This document shows positions 50,782 through 62,344 of a DNA stretch of 64,000 nucleotides, in pieces. The position numbers were made by a program, and so were the translations under genes. Under the pieces are notes generated by a model. The model saw only the letters and a program-made list of their open reading frames with translations, was not told the DNA's origin and ran no database searches. Within the stretch, counting starts at the first letter, position 1. Every line of letters starts with the position of its first letter. The stretch comes from Oopsacas minuta. Its lineage: Eukaryota; Animalia; Porifera. Location of the stretch: contig JAKMXF010000016.1 of the NCBI GenBank assembly GCA_024704765.1, positions 34,292-98,291 on the forward strand. The letters run 5' to 3'.

Positions 50782-51273
50782 GTTATGCTGTATTTGACGT
50801 ACCAGTGTTGTGAAACACTCTATCCACATTGAAATGAAATTAAGCTGATGTTTCTATGTATTACCCCCACAGCATGGAGGCGATTGTCTCTCCCTCGTTA
50901 GAGGAGATCCTCCTAGATTCGGACAGATCTATCTTGTTGCCTACAACCAAGAATGGGATGGATAGATTCACTTATCTCTTGATGTCTTTTTGTATTTCCC
51001 TGATTTCCTGCAGATTGAATCTATCTATGACAGAGAACACCAACAGATAGCCGTCACATTGATGGTAGAACTCTTCCCGAATAATTCCACACTCATCAGT
51101 TCCTGCTGTATCCAGGATCTGTAAGATGTATAAACTGTCCTTCACTCTAGCCGGAGCCTCGTATACCTCCTCTATCGTAGGAGTATATCCACACACGAAT
51201 TCAGTAAAATGAGACATGTCTTACCAACAGCACCTACTCCTAACATGAGGATTTTGATCTGTTCCCTCTTCAT
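50782..51273 (-). pseudogene. Intronless Ras-family small GTPase pseudogene
   Basis: G1 GVGAVGKT, G2 YTPTIEE, G3 DTAGTDE, G4 VGNKID, G5 ETSA. Frameshift after G1 (~51205) and at least three in-frame stops. Confidence 0.88.
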
Positions 51274-51945
51274 TTTCATTCACTATTCTGTTGAATAATT
51301 ATATTATTTAGCAACACTCATTTATAACTTTTCTAGGATTTAAACCATTACAAAATGCTGCAGTCAATAAACTAGAAATTTCCTTTCGTTTTGATTAAAC
51401 AATACAAATACTCTTTCAAGTCAATTGAAGGATAATATTCGTAGTATCAATCTAGATATAACATTCATTTATTTTAGCAAACCATCAAACATATTTTCAA
51501 AATTTTCAAAATTTTGTTATTTAGTAAGCCATAACATTAAATTTCGAATTTTGTATAAGAATAACCTTACTCAGTTTGACAGTGCCAAATACTCGATTTG
51601 GACAAAGAACCACAATAATAGCTATCCCAATAAGGATTAAGAATGAAAGAAGAATAGTTGTATCTTGGAGAGGTGTCTAAAGGGGTCTGTTCAGGTGTCT
51701 ATAGGCAAAATTAAATAAATCGACCCTTGCTAGCGTAGCAACTAGATGTGACATAGGAATTTGAAAATAGCTACATACGTAGTTAATACAACAATTAACT
51801 TGAGTGAATGACTTATTAATTAATGACACATTCAATGATTAGATACAGCAAGCCTTATGAATAATAATTATATATTAATTAGTTTCGAAGTAATTTCGTG
51901 TATTAAGTAATGCGAGAAATATGGAAATTTAAAGAAAACAAATTA

Positions 51946-52776
51946 CTACAAAGTTATAACTTCAATTTTAGGAATGTGTATTATATAACTCACATTTCCG
52001 ATAGAAGATATCAGTAAAGATTCTGGGATAATTGGGGAGCATAGTAACTGTTGTTGTTGTTGATCCCATTCAATAGCTTCTAAAGCCCATTCAAAATAGT
52101 TTGCGCTGTTTTTGGGATCCCACAAAAATATTTGGGAATCCGAAAAAGACAAGGGAGAGCTATTAGCGGTTTGATATTCAGTTTTAACCGTGTGTGTGGG
52201 AGAAGGGATACAATCTGAAACTAACATAGCATTCTCGCCTTTATATATATGGCGTTGGCCAATGCTTATTCCTTCTGTCCAGTCGATCTCATCACTATTT
52301 GATCCGGCTTCTAGTACTGAAGATTGTCGTGGAAACCAAACAGAAGGATAGGAACTAACAGAATGGTTCACTCCAGTATCTACATGTGGTTCTGGTAACT
52401 TACTAGCAACAACGATATTAGGAATGTGTTGAATATTTGAAGGAGAATCCTCTATTATTGAACTATGTGTAAGTGATGGTAATGAATTCTTAGTGATCAG
52501 ATCAGTTGTATTTCTAGAACCAACTGAAACTGAATTTAAAGATGGTGTTTGAAAATCTCTAGGATCAATTAGATATCTATCTCTCAATTCAATGCTAACG
52601 ATCGGTACACAAATATTTACATCTGTGTCTGTGTCTGTCTGTATCTTGGTCATTCTCATTGTGAGAACAGAGAGCAAGTACACGTATAACCTGGGTTCTC
52701 CTAGTTTATGATTCGGGTAGGATTCGTGACTACTAGATCCCTGTACTTCTGATGGCATACTGCTTTTATCGCTCAC
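51946..52776 (-). CDS. Ser/Pro-rich 276-aa ORF, unknown (may be an exon of a larger gene)
   Basis: Long open frame for AT-rich DNA, but no recognisable domain. Confidence 0.35.
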   Translation of the reverse strand: MSDKSSMPSEVQGSSSHESYPNHKLGEPRLYVYLLSVLTMRMTKIQTDTDTDVNICVPIVSIELRDRYLIDPRDFQTPSLNSVSVGSRNTTDLITKNSLPSLTHSSIIEDSPSNIQHIPNIVVASKLPEPHVDTGVNHSVSSYPSVWFPRQSSVLEAGSNSDEIDWTEGISIGQRHIYKGENAMLVSDCIPSPTHTVKTEYQTANSSPLSFSDSQIFLWDPKNSANYFEWALEAIEWDQQQQQLLCSPIIPESLLISSIGNVSYIIHIPKIEVITL

Positions 52777-53769
52777 TATAGAATATGGAAATGTAGGTAT
52801 ACATGTAAATCAGGAGAAATAGAGAGAAGATTATAGCAGTACATTAGCAAATTGATGGGAAGTAGATACAAGAATGTCTTGCCTACTATGGCGTAACCTC
52901 TACAAACGGCCCAAAATACTACTCAGCTCCCCATTCTTGCTAAATTCCACAGTTCATTTGTATGGGACGAGGTACCATGAATTCGCTCTATATATTTCTC
53001 TCCGTTTCCACGTTTGTGGAGGTTTCACTGCAATAGGAGGGAAAATTTGCTTTCGGGAGGTTTTTGGAAGACAACAATCAACATAAACACGAAAAGGCGA
53101 GACAATTGGCATAGTTACATCAATTGTATCATGGTTTGTGCGAAGGAAAATTAAAAAAAAGAACTGTAGAGGATAAATACATGTGGAATGGAATTGAGTT
53201 GAGGTACATGCATTTGTTCGGATTATATGATTGTCATGAGTCAGAATTTTCTGAATTGTAACAAGTTCGAATCGATTTTGGTCTATTGAAACAAGTACGA
53301 GTCGATTTCCGACTGTTGTCACAAGTCAGAATGGATTTTCTGACTGTTGTCAAAGTTTTACAACAAAAAATCCATGATCCGCCATTCTGCAGACTTTACT
53401 AACAATTAGTCCAATAAAAGTCCATCCAAACACAAAATTACCATGAAGTTCACATCCCGCCCCTAGGTAGCTTAATAACGAGTAATGGCTGGATATAATA
53501 CTATGGGTAGTAGTTATATTTGGAGTAACTAATTAGTATTAAGCTTTCTATCTACAACTTTAACTACAAATCTACAATATAACAAGTACTGCTACAAAAG
53601 AAACACCAAAGCAGAAGTATGATACTAATTATAGGTTACTGATAACTATCAAAACAGTTAGACAACTGGATATTGTTTCCTTATTTCCATGATAAGGTTG
53701 GAGAAACTACCTCGTCCATATTCTTTCTGCCAACAAACTTCAGATAAGTGAGTATCTAAAAGTATGGGG

Positions 53770-54600
53770 TTAGTAGTCATGCAATTCCTCAGCCGTTTCT
53801 TCGCACCACCCCATATACTCTCAGCTGTTTGTGTATGTACGCCTGTAGTAGGGTCAACAAAATTGAAACTATGGTTGACGGTGAGATGCTGAAACTTGCA
53901 GCAGGGATAGAATTATACGAAGCCCATTCGTCAGAAAGTATGGTAGTGCCCGGAAGAATATATCTCTGGATGAGAGGGATTGATGTTGCAGCCAACCTGT
54001 CTTGAACAGGTGTCATAAAGGTATCCTTTGTTTCTCTATCTATCCCTCCAAATACACATTGACCTGATAGCATACGACCTCTTGAATACTTTCGATGTCC
54101 AAACTTTGATTCATCTATTTCTACAATATGCCCAGGCCCTCCAATTGGTTGAGGATTGACTAAAAATTCTTCAACACATAGGTCTCTGAGGGAGTTCTAC
54201 CAGTCTGTTATAGTAGGCTCTCCCCACCCAGATTCTTGTTGATTCGAAATGACTGATAAATTCTGTAAAGAAGCCTCTATCTTTACGATCACAATTATTC
54301 CTATGATAGAAATTGAGTATATTCGGCCAGTTTAGTACCCCTTTTACTTTCTAGTACTTGACATACAGAAAAATCATAGTTTGACCCTGAATCTGTGTAA
54401 GTACTCCAAAATGGTGTTCAAATGGATTATTTTGCATAAAAGATGATAATACATAAGAGAATCCACATTCTCCAGTCATATATTCTACAAGTTTTGGTAG
54501 AGCAATGCTTGAAACTATCTTGTACAGAAAATAACTCTTGTTGTCAGATGGACGATGCTAATTACATCAACCATATTCCAAACTTCTCATTCTTGGGGGA
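53770..54600 (-). mobile_element. Merlin (IS1595/IS1016-like) transposase remnant
   Basis: DW*NSLRDLC...IGGPGHIVEIDESKFGHRKYSRGR...VFGGIDR...LPGTTILSDEWASY, then frameshifted TVNHS.NFVDPTTGVHTQTAESIW. Termini not resolved. Confidence 0.85.
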
Positions 54601-55699
54601 TCTCCACGTCACATTATTTAGTGTTTATGTCATCGAAACTATAGACGATGAATTTCCTCTGCTCTTCTTTTGTAGGAGGACTACCCTACAGTACCAGTGA
54701 TGATGAGTTCATTTTTCATTTTTTCGTTTTGTAATTAACGCAATACATTTTATATACAGCTGATTTTAACTGTAATTTTCGCAGCTAACTTCTACCTCTA
54801 ATTATTTCTTAATCCTTCATGCAGTTCTGTAGTTATGAATATTCAAGTTCTCGAATCAATCATAATTCCATCTTTAATCGCCTATTTATTCACAAAATAT
54901 ATTTAGAAAATATGAAAACAATTATTATTTCGATAAGGACATATAAATAATATCCTGGTTTATCATCCCCGCCCATTTAATCTCCCTCCTCGGCAATTTT
55001 ATTATTTTATTACATATCTTCATTTAATACTTATAATCGCAGATGAACATCTTCGAAACAAGCTAATTATTTAACACTAGCGCCCTTCGCTTGCTAGGTC
55101 GCTGAGCAGTGTGGCTAATCATGTGATTTTTCGAAAATCCAAAAAAGGTGGCAATGGCATCATAATTTTGTCAGGCGTGAATTTTCGTCCAAGACTCAAA
55201 CCTGTCCGAGTCAGGCCCAAATACCCCTCGCTGCATGGCACATTCACCAGAATTTCATTTTACATTTAAAGCATAGAAAGATAGTTTGAGTGTTTTATGT
55301 GAACTGCGAATTATAATTCTCTCATATAATTGTACAATAATTCAGATTATAGAGAGGAAGTGAATATTAGTTTCCCATATACAGTGTAAGCTTAATACGA
55401 ACACCAACGTACCGTCCGTATGGATAAAATTTATTCGCCTTTCCAGAGTTCATAAATCGGAGTAATATCCATTGAGTACGATTGTAGGGACCTGATTATG
55501 TACGAATATTCTTAGTCTAATAAGAAATTCGTATTAACGAGATAGTTTAAATAAATTAGTAAAATGACGCTAAGCAAAAAATAAAAATAAAAATAAAATG
55601 TCGCCCCCGCTGCTATTCTATTTCGCAGAAAAAGATGGATGAGAAACAAGTAATGTATTCTACATGGCCTTATGTATAATTATTGTTAATATATTCTTA

Positions 55700-57790
55700 A
55701 GAATAGACAATACTAACCTGTGTACTGATAAGCTGCAGTTTATAAGAGTCAACCTCTGATTGAAGATTAAGTATTTTCTTTTGAGATTCTTCCAGAAGAT
55801 TCTGGAACCTTCCTTCTAGCTCCTTATCTCGTTGTAATCTTAATCTGCTATCTTCTCTGTTCCTACCCCTCTCTCCTTTCTCTCGCATCTGTATACTTTG
55901 ATCGAAATTTATGTAGAACTTTGATCAAATTTTCTTATGTCGAACTTTGACCGAATGATGAAAAAGGCAAATTTTGATCAAAGTTCTACTAAAATGTCTC
56001 CAGTCGAACTTTGATCGAAAAATTGTAGAACTTTGATCGAAAAATGGAGAAAATACAACAAAAAAATCCAACGATACGCCATTTTACAAAGATTACTAAT
56101 AATCAATCCAACATAACTCCATCCAATCATAAAATTAGCATACATCTCACAATAACTTTATATTTCATTAGTTAGAAAGAGTACCATTGTGAGGGGATTA
56201 GGGATTTATTTCGCTACCTTATGGCTCTGGGAGTATTTATTCGTGTTCGTTATTAGCTACTAAAGGACGGGAGTGTGGAATTTATGCTAATTTTATGATT
56301 GAATGGAGTTTTTGGATTGATTATTATTAATCTTCGCAAAATGGCGTATCGTTGGATTTTTTGTTGTATTTCTCCATTATCGATCAAAGTTCTACAATTT
56401 TTCGATCAAAGTTTGACTGGAGACATTTTAGTAGAACTTTGATCAAAATTCGCCTTCTTCATCATTCGATCAAAGTTCAACATAAGAAAATTGATCAAAG
56501 TCCTACATAAAATTCGATTCAAATATACACATCCTTTCTCTCTCAGGAGAGCAGAGTTCTTCTCTTTCAATTCTCTCACTTTATCTTCCCACTTATTTTT
56601 ATCAGCTAATTTATCCTGTAGCTCATTCGTAGCTGAGGTATACTCTTTGATAAGTTTGGCTACTTCTTTCTTCAATGAGCCATTCTCTTTATCAACAGTT
56701 ACGTTCAATTGATAAAGATTCTCGTGATTATTCTTCCAGGCCCTCACTTCCCCTAATTTTGTTTGTATCTCTTCTCTCAGTTTTACATTTGCCAGTTCAG
56801 TTTTCATATTTAAGATTAAGGCATCTATCTGTCCCTTTTGCTCCAATTCCTCTCGTGACTTTCTAAAGTTATATCTAATGAACCATGGATAAATATTCTA
56901 TAATCACTCGGTTTGAAGGATCATACCTGTTGTTACTGATGGCTTTATTCTAGGAGGGAGAGGGTGCTCCTGTGGAGGAGAATTTAAGGCAACTGATACT
57001 CTCTCTTCATGTCTCGATAGTGTACTCTTGAATACAGGAGGAGATTCACCCGGGCTTGATAGGTACTTTTCTTCTCTGAATTCTGAAAATTGAAAGTAAA
57101 TGAAAATTAATCACATAACAGCTGACTATAAGAATTGTATTATTTCATTTATGATAATTTCTCCTGAATTAATCACCGCTAATACTCACTAATCAACCAA
57201 ATAAAGCTCTAATTAAATACCAGATGTTTGAAACTATGATTACGAATTCACCTAAAAGGTGTGAATATCTACACATTAGAAAATATACATGGCAAATATT
57301 GGATGAGAATTTATCAAGGTGTGAACATGAATAGGAAACATAGGGGCCGAACGAGTATAATTCCCAAGGGAGTGGGAGCATTATGTAATTGTGTGGCTAA
57401 TAATTCTCTTGATAAAAGCAAACAATATACTATATACAATTATACATTAATTTTGACTATGATTAATAGGGTCACATCGGGATCACACATTTATACCCGT
57501 TTTAGTGGAGCTATTCAATACACTAAAGTGATTATAAGGAAATCACGAGGGGGACAGCCCCCTGTGCCTAGTTTGTCCCCTCTCCCGTGCCGAGTTTTGC
57601 AGCAGCAGGTGCTCCATAACCAGCTTCTGTACCTTCAGTGACGGAAGGTCAGAACTGTTGGAAGCAGTACCGGAGGCCCTTGATTTGGGTGTGGTGTAGG
57701 GTTGGGAGGGAGACCCAGGAGTATCTGAGTCTGAACATTTGCGTTTACGAGTTGATGGGAAAATAGTGTTGCTAGGGGTGGGGTAACATC
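55700..57790 (-). pseudogene. Fragments of an unidentified coiled-coil gene, interrupted by a foldback element
   Basis: E/K-rich frames 56530-56860 and 55715-55890 flank the insertion. Ser/Pro-rich exon-like pieces at ~56920-57085 and ~57640-57760 (RKRK motif). Confidence 0.4.
55897..56523. mobile_element. Foldback element with ~250-bp inverted arms
   Basis: 55897-56150 is the reverse complement of ~56270-56523. Arms are built of GAACTTTGATC repeats; candidate TSD TATAC on both sides; core GAGGGGATTAGGGATTT at 56191. Confidence 0.85.
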
Positions 57791-57864
57791 ATGTGATGAT
57801 TTGAAAGCGTGGTGAAACGACAGTGAAAATTATATAGGAATTAGACAACAATAAATACATCTAT

Positions 57865-58390
57865 ATTTGTAAATCTCAATTGTTGTTTGTTTGTTTGTTT
57901 ATTGTTTGTTTGTTTGTTTGTTTGTTTGTTTGTTTATTTGTTTGTTTATTGTCTGTTTGTTTGTCCGTTGTCAAGACAAGGATTTACGGTATGCAATTTT
58001 TAAATTGTCGCATAATTATGTATTTGTTGTGTTGAATTCAAAGAAGTAAATAAAATTCAATAAAACTTCACTAAATATAGCGAACATGATGAATCCGATT
58101 TTCACACTTTTGGATTAATCATATATAAATTTATTGTTGTTTTTATGAAAATAAAGTAAACAAATTAGCCAAATCTCAAAATTTGGGTAGATACGTCCCT
58201 CAACGGCTAAAAAGGGGCTTGATCATAAAAATACTTCAATAACATATATGTCATATCCGTATGTTTGTGAATTACATTGTGTTAAATATATCTATATTAA
58301 AATACTCAAACGGGCCGTCATTTGGAGAAAAATGGATACCGTGAGGCGCAATGCATCGAGTTCATCGCGAAGCGACGAGCTAAAGGCTCC
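57865..58390 (+). mobile_element. Most complete copy of the (GTTT)n interspersed repeat
   Basis: Colinear with 13195-13545 and 26890-27660. Confidence 0.7.
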
Positions 58391-58431
58391 TATATAAATT
58401 TGACACACATGCACATATAATTAATATATGT

Positions 58432-58500
58432 TATAGTCAGAGGGGCCGGATGGATTACGGATTGGATTATGATTTGGAGTCATCCGCCCCTCTGACTATA
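58432..58500. repeat. Short palindromic element (~20-bp stem)
   Basis: TATAGTCAGAGGGG(C)CGGATG ... CATCCGCCCCTCTGACTATA. Confidence 0.75.
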
Positions 58501-60224
58501 GTGGGGTATCTCTAATTGTACAGATTCCCTAATCATCCACCTGCCAAAATATGAGTACTATGTGTACAATACAGTAAGTTTAAGAAATTTGTTACCCTAC
58601 TTAGAATTCAGAATATTCACACAAAAAAATATTTGAAATAGTCATAAACTGAATATTTGCATGAGTATTGAGTTTTCATTATACAAAACTCTGAGTCAAG
58701 TAAAGCACAGTCAAACCCGACTTTCCTAACTCTGTATAGTTCTTTCTAATGAATTTTACTATTACAGTAATACTCCATGTAATTCAGCTACAAAGGTGTA
58801 AACAAAGTTGATAATATAGGAAAATAGAAATGGAATTTCTTGGTCTAGCGTGGAGGTATTAAATATGACTTTAGTAATATTTTATGAATCAAACTAATTT
58901 CCCCTGACACTTAACAAAATTCAATTATTCTACATCTTATGGGCCGACACCAGCTGTCCAATACAAAATATGTGAAAGCATAAGAAGAAATAAAATATAC
59001 TCTATACATGTATGTATGCCCAGAATTGATTATAGAAACTGGAAGGCCCCAGGACGGATTTTCTGAACACAGATGTATATTGACCCGGCACGGACAAGTC
59101 CGATTCTTGGATTAAAATTCACACCTAAGACGGAAGTATGATAAATCACATGATTGGGCAATGTCAGCCAATATAGGTGTTAGATAGTGGGAATTAAAAC
59201 CACAGGTACCCGATAGTGATAATGAAATACTGCCCGACCTCATGCTTAGATGGATTCATCTGCCGAAACAGCAATATATTAATAGTGGGCTGAAAGATAG
59301 CCAGAAGCGGCACAAGGGAGGGCCAGGGGCATGCGCCCCACCTCATTAAGGTAAGCATGCCCCAGCTTAATAACCTGTACCCCAACTGTGACGTAATTGT
59401 GCCCTACCAGTAACGGCTGGCTAACTCCGCAACTGAGGATAGTTCACACGATAATTGTTAGTATACGTAAGTCTGTACCTTGAACAGATACTGTCAAAGA
59501 GCTAATGTTATGTTGAGACGAACTATGCTCATTCTGTGAGCCCTGTGAGAGGATAGGAGGATATACAGGCTGATTATTGGAACATGCTTGTGTTGTGAAA
59601 CTAACGCTGTGATTGGTAATAGAGGGAGGATGAATGGAGCTCGCGGTCATTACAGAAATAGACCTCTGGGGGAGAGAGGAGGGATCGTACAGTGGTCTGG
59701 CGTTCTGTAGCTTCTCGTAATGTTGAGTTATTGCCAGTGGTCTGTGATTGTGGCTTTGTGTCCTGCTCCATTTTATGTAAAATACTAATTTTGCTGAAAA
59801 ATGCATGTTTTAACTATTGTTCCATGGGTGGCAAGAATAGCTCCAGATCAATAGTTGGGCCTGGGGTAATAAGTTTCAAATTTTTCTGGGGTTAAACCCC
59901 CTGGTCCCCCTTACTGTCTCTCGCTCTTGGCTGCCCTTAGACTCCCAAATTTCAACCCCCTCCCCAGAAAAAAATCCTGTACGAAACCCTGAACTTTATA
60001 ATCTCTGAATAGATTTATTCAAGTTACAATAAACACTTACATTGAATACCACAGAAGTAGCTGTACAGTGAGTCTGTACATGAAAGAAAAATAAGTATTA
60101 TTCCAAGACGTCCAAGATATTCGTATAATGCACACACTGTTCACGTGGTCCTGCGTAATAGGGACGAGGGGCGGCATTTTATTTTTATTTTTTGCTAAGC
60201 CTAATTTTACTAATTTGTAGCTGT

Positions 60225-60635
60225 GAAATGTAGAATCTCCTTGATTTGTGGAAGCAGAATAAACTTAGGTTTCCATTATTATCAATAATTGCCATGAGAC
60301 TATTGGTAATTCAGGCATCCTCATCCGAAAGCGAGAGACACTTTAGTGCCTTTACTGCTCGGCATATCGTAACATCTCAATGGAATGCAATGTTGCCAGA
60401 AACTATCGAAGCTCTCTCTGTTGTGTTGGAAAGATATAAGAACAACTTGATTTAATTATTGTGTTAGACTAAATACTTACATTATACTTGTTCCTAATAA
60501 TGAAATACATAATGGGTCAGAATGGGTAAGAAAATAATAAATGGGTCATGACCCATGGGTCAATGGGTCATGGGTCACTACTTCGATGGGTCACATGGGT
60601 CATGGGTCACTTCATGTGACCCATTTGCAGCTCTG
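60225..60635 (+). mobile_element. hAT element A: 3' part with dimerisation-domain remnant
   Basis: WKQNKLRFPLLSIIAMRLLVIQASSSESERHFS...LPETIEAL (hATC). ATGGGTC repeats; terminus CATTTGCAGCTCTG followed by ATTCAGAT. Confidence 0.88.
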
Positions 60636-60742
60636 ATTCAGATGCAGTAGAGGTTTCATACAAAGCTTACTATCTTCGAGTGCTGCTCGCTGTTCTTGTC
60701 TAATCAGATTCTCTGAAGAGATACAGCACTTATGGCCGCTAC
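60636..60742 (+). pseudogene. HELQ: HELQ middle piece
   Basis: FRCSRGFIQSLLSSSAARCSCLIRFSEEIQHLWPL matches HELQ [33 protein letters not shown]. It joins seamlessly to 45053 through the shared GCCGCTAC. Confidence 0.88.
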
Positions 60743-61298
60743 CAGAGCTGCAAATGGGTCACATGAAGTGACCCATGACCCATTTATTATTTCCTGACCC
60801 ATTCTGACCCATTATGTATTTCATTATTAGGAACAAGTATAATGTAAGTATTTAGTCTAACACAATAATTAAATCAAGTTGTTCTTATATCTTTCCAACA
60901 CAACAGAGAGAGCTTCGATAGTTTCTGGCAACATTGCATTCCATTGAGATGTTACGATATGCCGAGCATTAAAAGGCACTAAAGTGTCTCTCGCTTTCGG
61001 ATGAGGATGCCTGAATTACCAATAGTCTCATGGCAATTATTGATAATAATGGAAACTTAAGTTATTCTGCTTCCACAAATCAAGAAGATTAAAACTCTTA
61101 CTTGTAGTATTCCAAACATTTAGTATAATGACCATCTCTATTAACTCTATTTAGAAGGTTTTCTAATTGACAAATAACTCTTTTAAGCCTACATTGTATA
61201 TAAATACAATTTTGATGGGTCATGACCCATTAACGCATGACCCATGACCCACTGACCCATCATAAAAAAGTGACCCATCTGACCCATTTGCAGCACTG
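60743..61298 (-). mobile_element. hAT element B (same family as A, inverted)
   Basis: 60743-61085 is the reverse complement of A; the other terminus is GACCCATTTGCAGCACTG at 61281-61298. Its flanks GCCGCTAC and ATCTGAAT do not match each other. Confidence 0.88.
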
Positions 61299-61317
61299 AT
61301 CTGAATTCTTCCGCTAC

Positions 61318-61880
61318 CAGAGATGGAACCGGTCAGCTTTTTCATGACCTCACCCGACCGGCCGACTGGTAGCTTTGACTATGCACTGCCTGGCCGAAAG
61401 TATTGGAACACCCTGCCACTTGTGACACAAGTGGCACACGGCGAGAATATGTTGAATATTCTGTGGATATTGCAGAAAGTAGAAAATCTCTTTTCTTCAA
61501 GGTTGATGAATTAATATTTATTATAAAATGTATGAAATAATTTTCAATAATTTGTCTATAACTAATGTGGCATTTATATTGGTGCTATGTGCTAATTGTA
61601 GCTCTGGCGTTCGAATACTTTGGCCAGGCAGTATATAATGGATGATTATACACATAAATCCTATTTAATACAGAAATGTAGAAAAGATAGAAATATTGAA
61701 ATGTAGACTAATAAAGAAATTTTGAATATATAGAATATGTACGGAATTTTACGGCCAAAGTCCGTTTAACGCTGCCTCCTTTAGCACAACTAGATCAAAT
61801 TCAGACTGCCCATATTCAGAAATTATGACCGGCCGGTCGAGATCTTCGACCGGTACCCGACCCGACCGGTTCCATCTCTG
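61318..61880. mobile_element. hAT MITE C
   Basis: TIR CAGAGATGGAACCGGTC / GACCGGTTCCATCTCTG; TSD TCCGCTAC / TTCGCTAC (7 of 8). Confidence 0.88.
61384..61633. mobile_element. Tc1-type MITE nested in hAT C (same TIR family as 26980-27493)
   Basis: CACTGCCTGGCCGAAAGTATTGGAACAC / GTTCGAATACTTTGGCCAGGCAGT. Confidence 0.8.
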
Positions 61881-62344
61881 TTCGCTACCTTACATACAGT
61901 TTCACCTTCTCCTCCTGACACTATATGACACAGCACACTTAGCTCCCTCTATAGGCGTTGAAAGCAAGTCTCTTCCGATATTTTATTTACTTTATATTCA
62001 TAATAACAACAATGCATTTGCATATGAGAATCTTGAAATGCGAAATTGGAATCTATCCACCTAGTTGTGTACTTTACTCATATTACCCATTCACTAAGTT
62101 CTGTTCCGCTAATACTATAATACTAACCGGACTAACAAACACACAGCAATCGAGATTTAATAATATATTTGTAGATGTTTTCTAATCTAACATTAATTAC
62201 AATTCACAGCTTTTTGCAAATTAATCAAAATCAGCTAGAGGTTTCATTTCAACTTCTAGTAAGGAGTAATCGAGTAAGGGAATTATAATTTTGATATTTT
62301 CAAATCTATATTTATAATATTGGAAAAATATTTATCTGATCCAG

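Larger units (their letters stand above)
61299..62170 (-). pseudogene. HELQ: HELQ upstream piece, inverted, interrupted by hAT element C
   Basis: Minus strand 61299-61317 encodes VAEEFR and 61881-61975 encodes RL*...ETVCKVA (HELQ RLY...ETNIWTVSEKF). A more degenerate match continues to ~62170. Confidence 0.7.

Noticed and set aside
60735-60742. GCCGCTAC and TCCGCTAC (61310) as one TSD pair
   Set aside because: They are different positions in the HELQ coding sequence. Each has its own partner (45053 and 61881); the similarity is chance or target preference.
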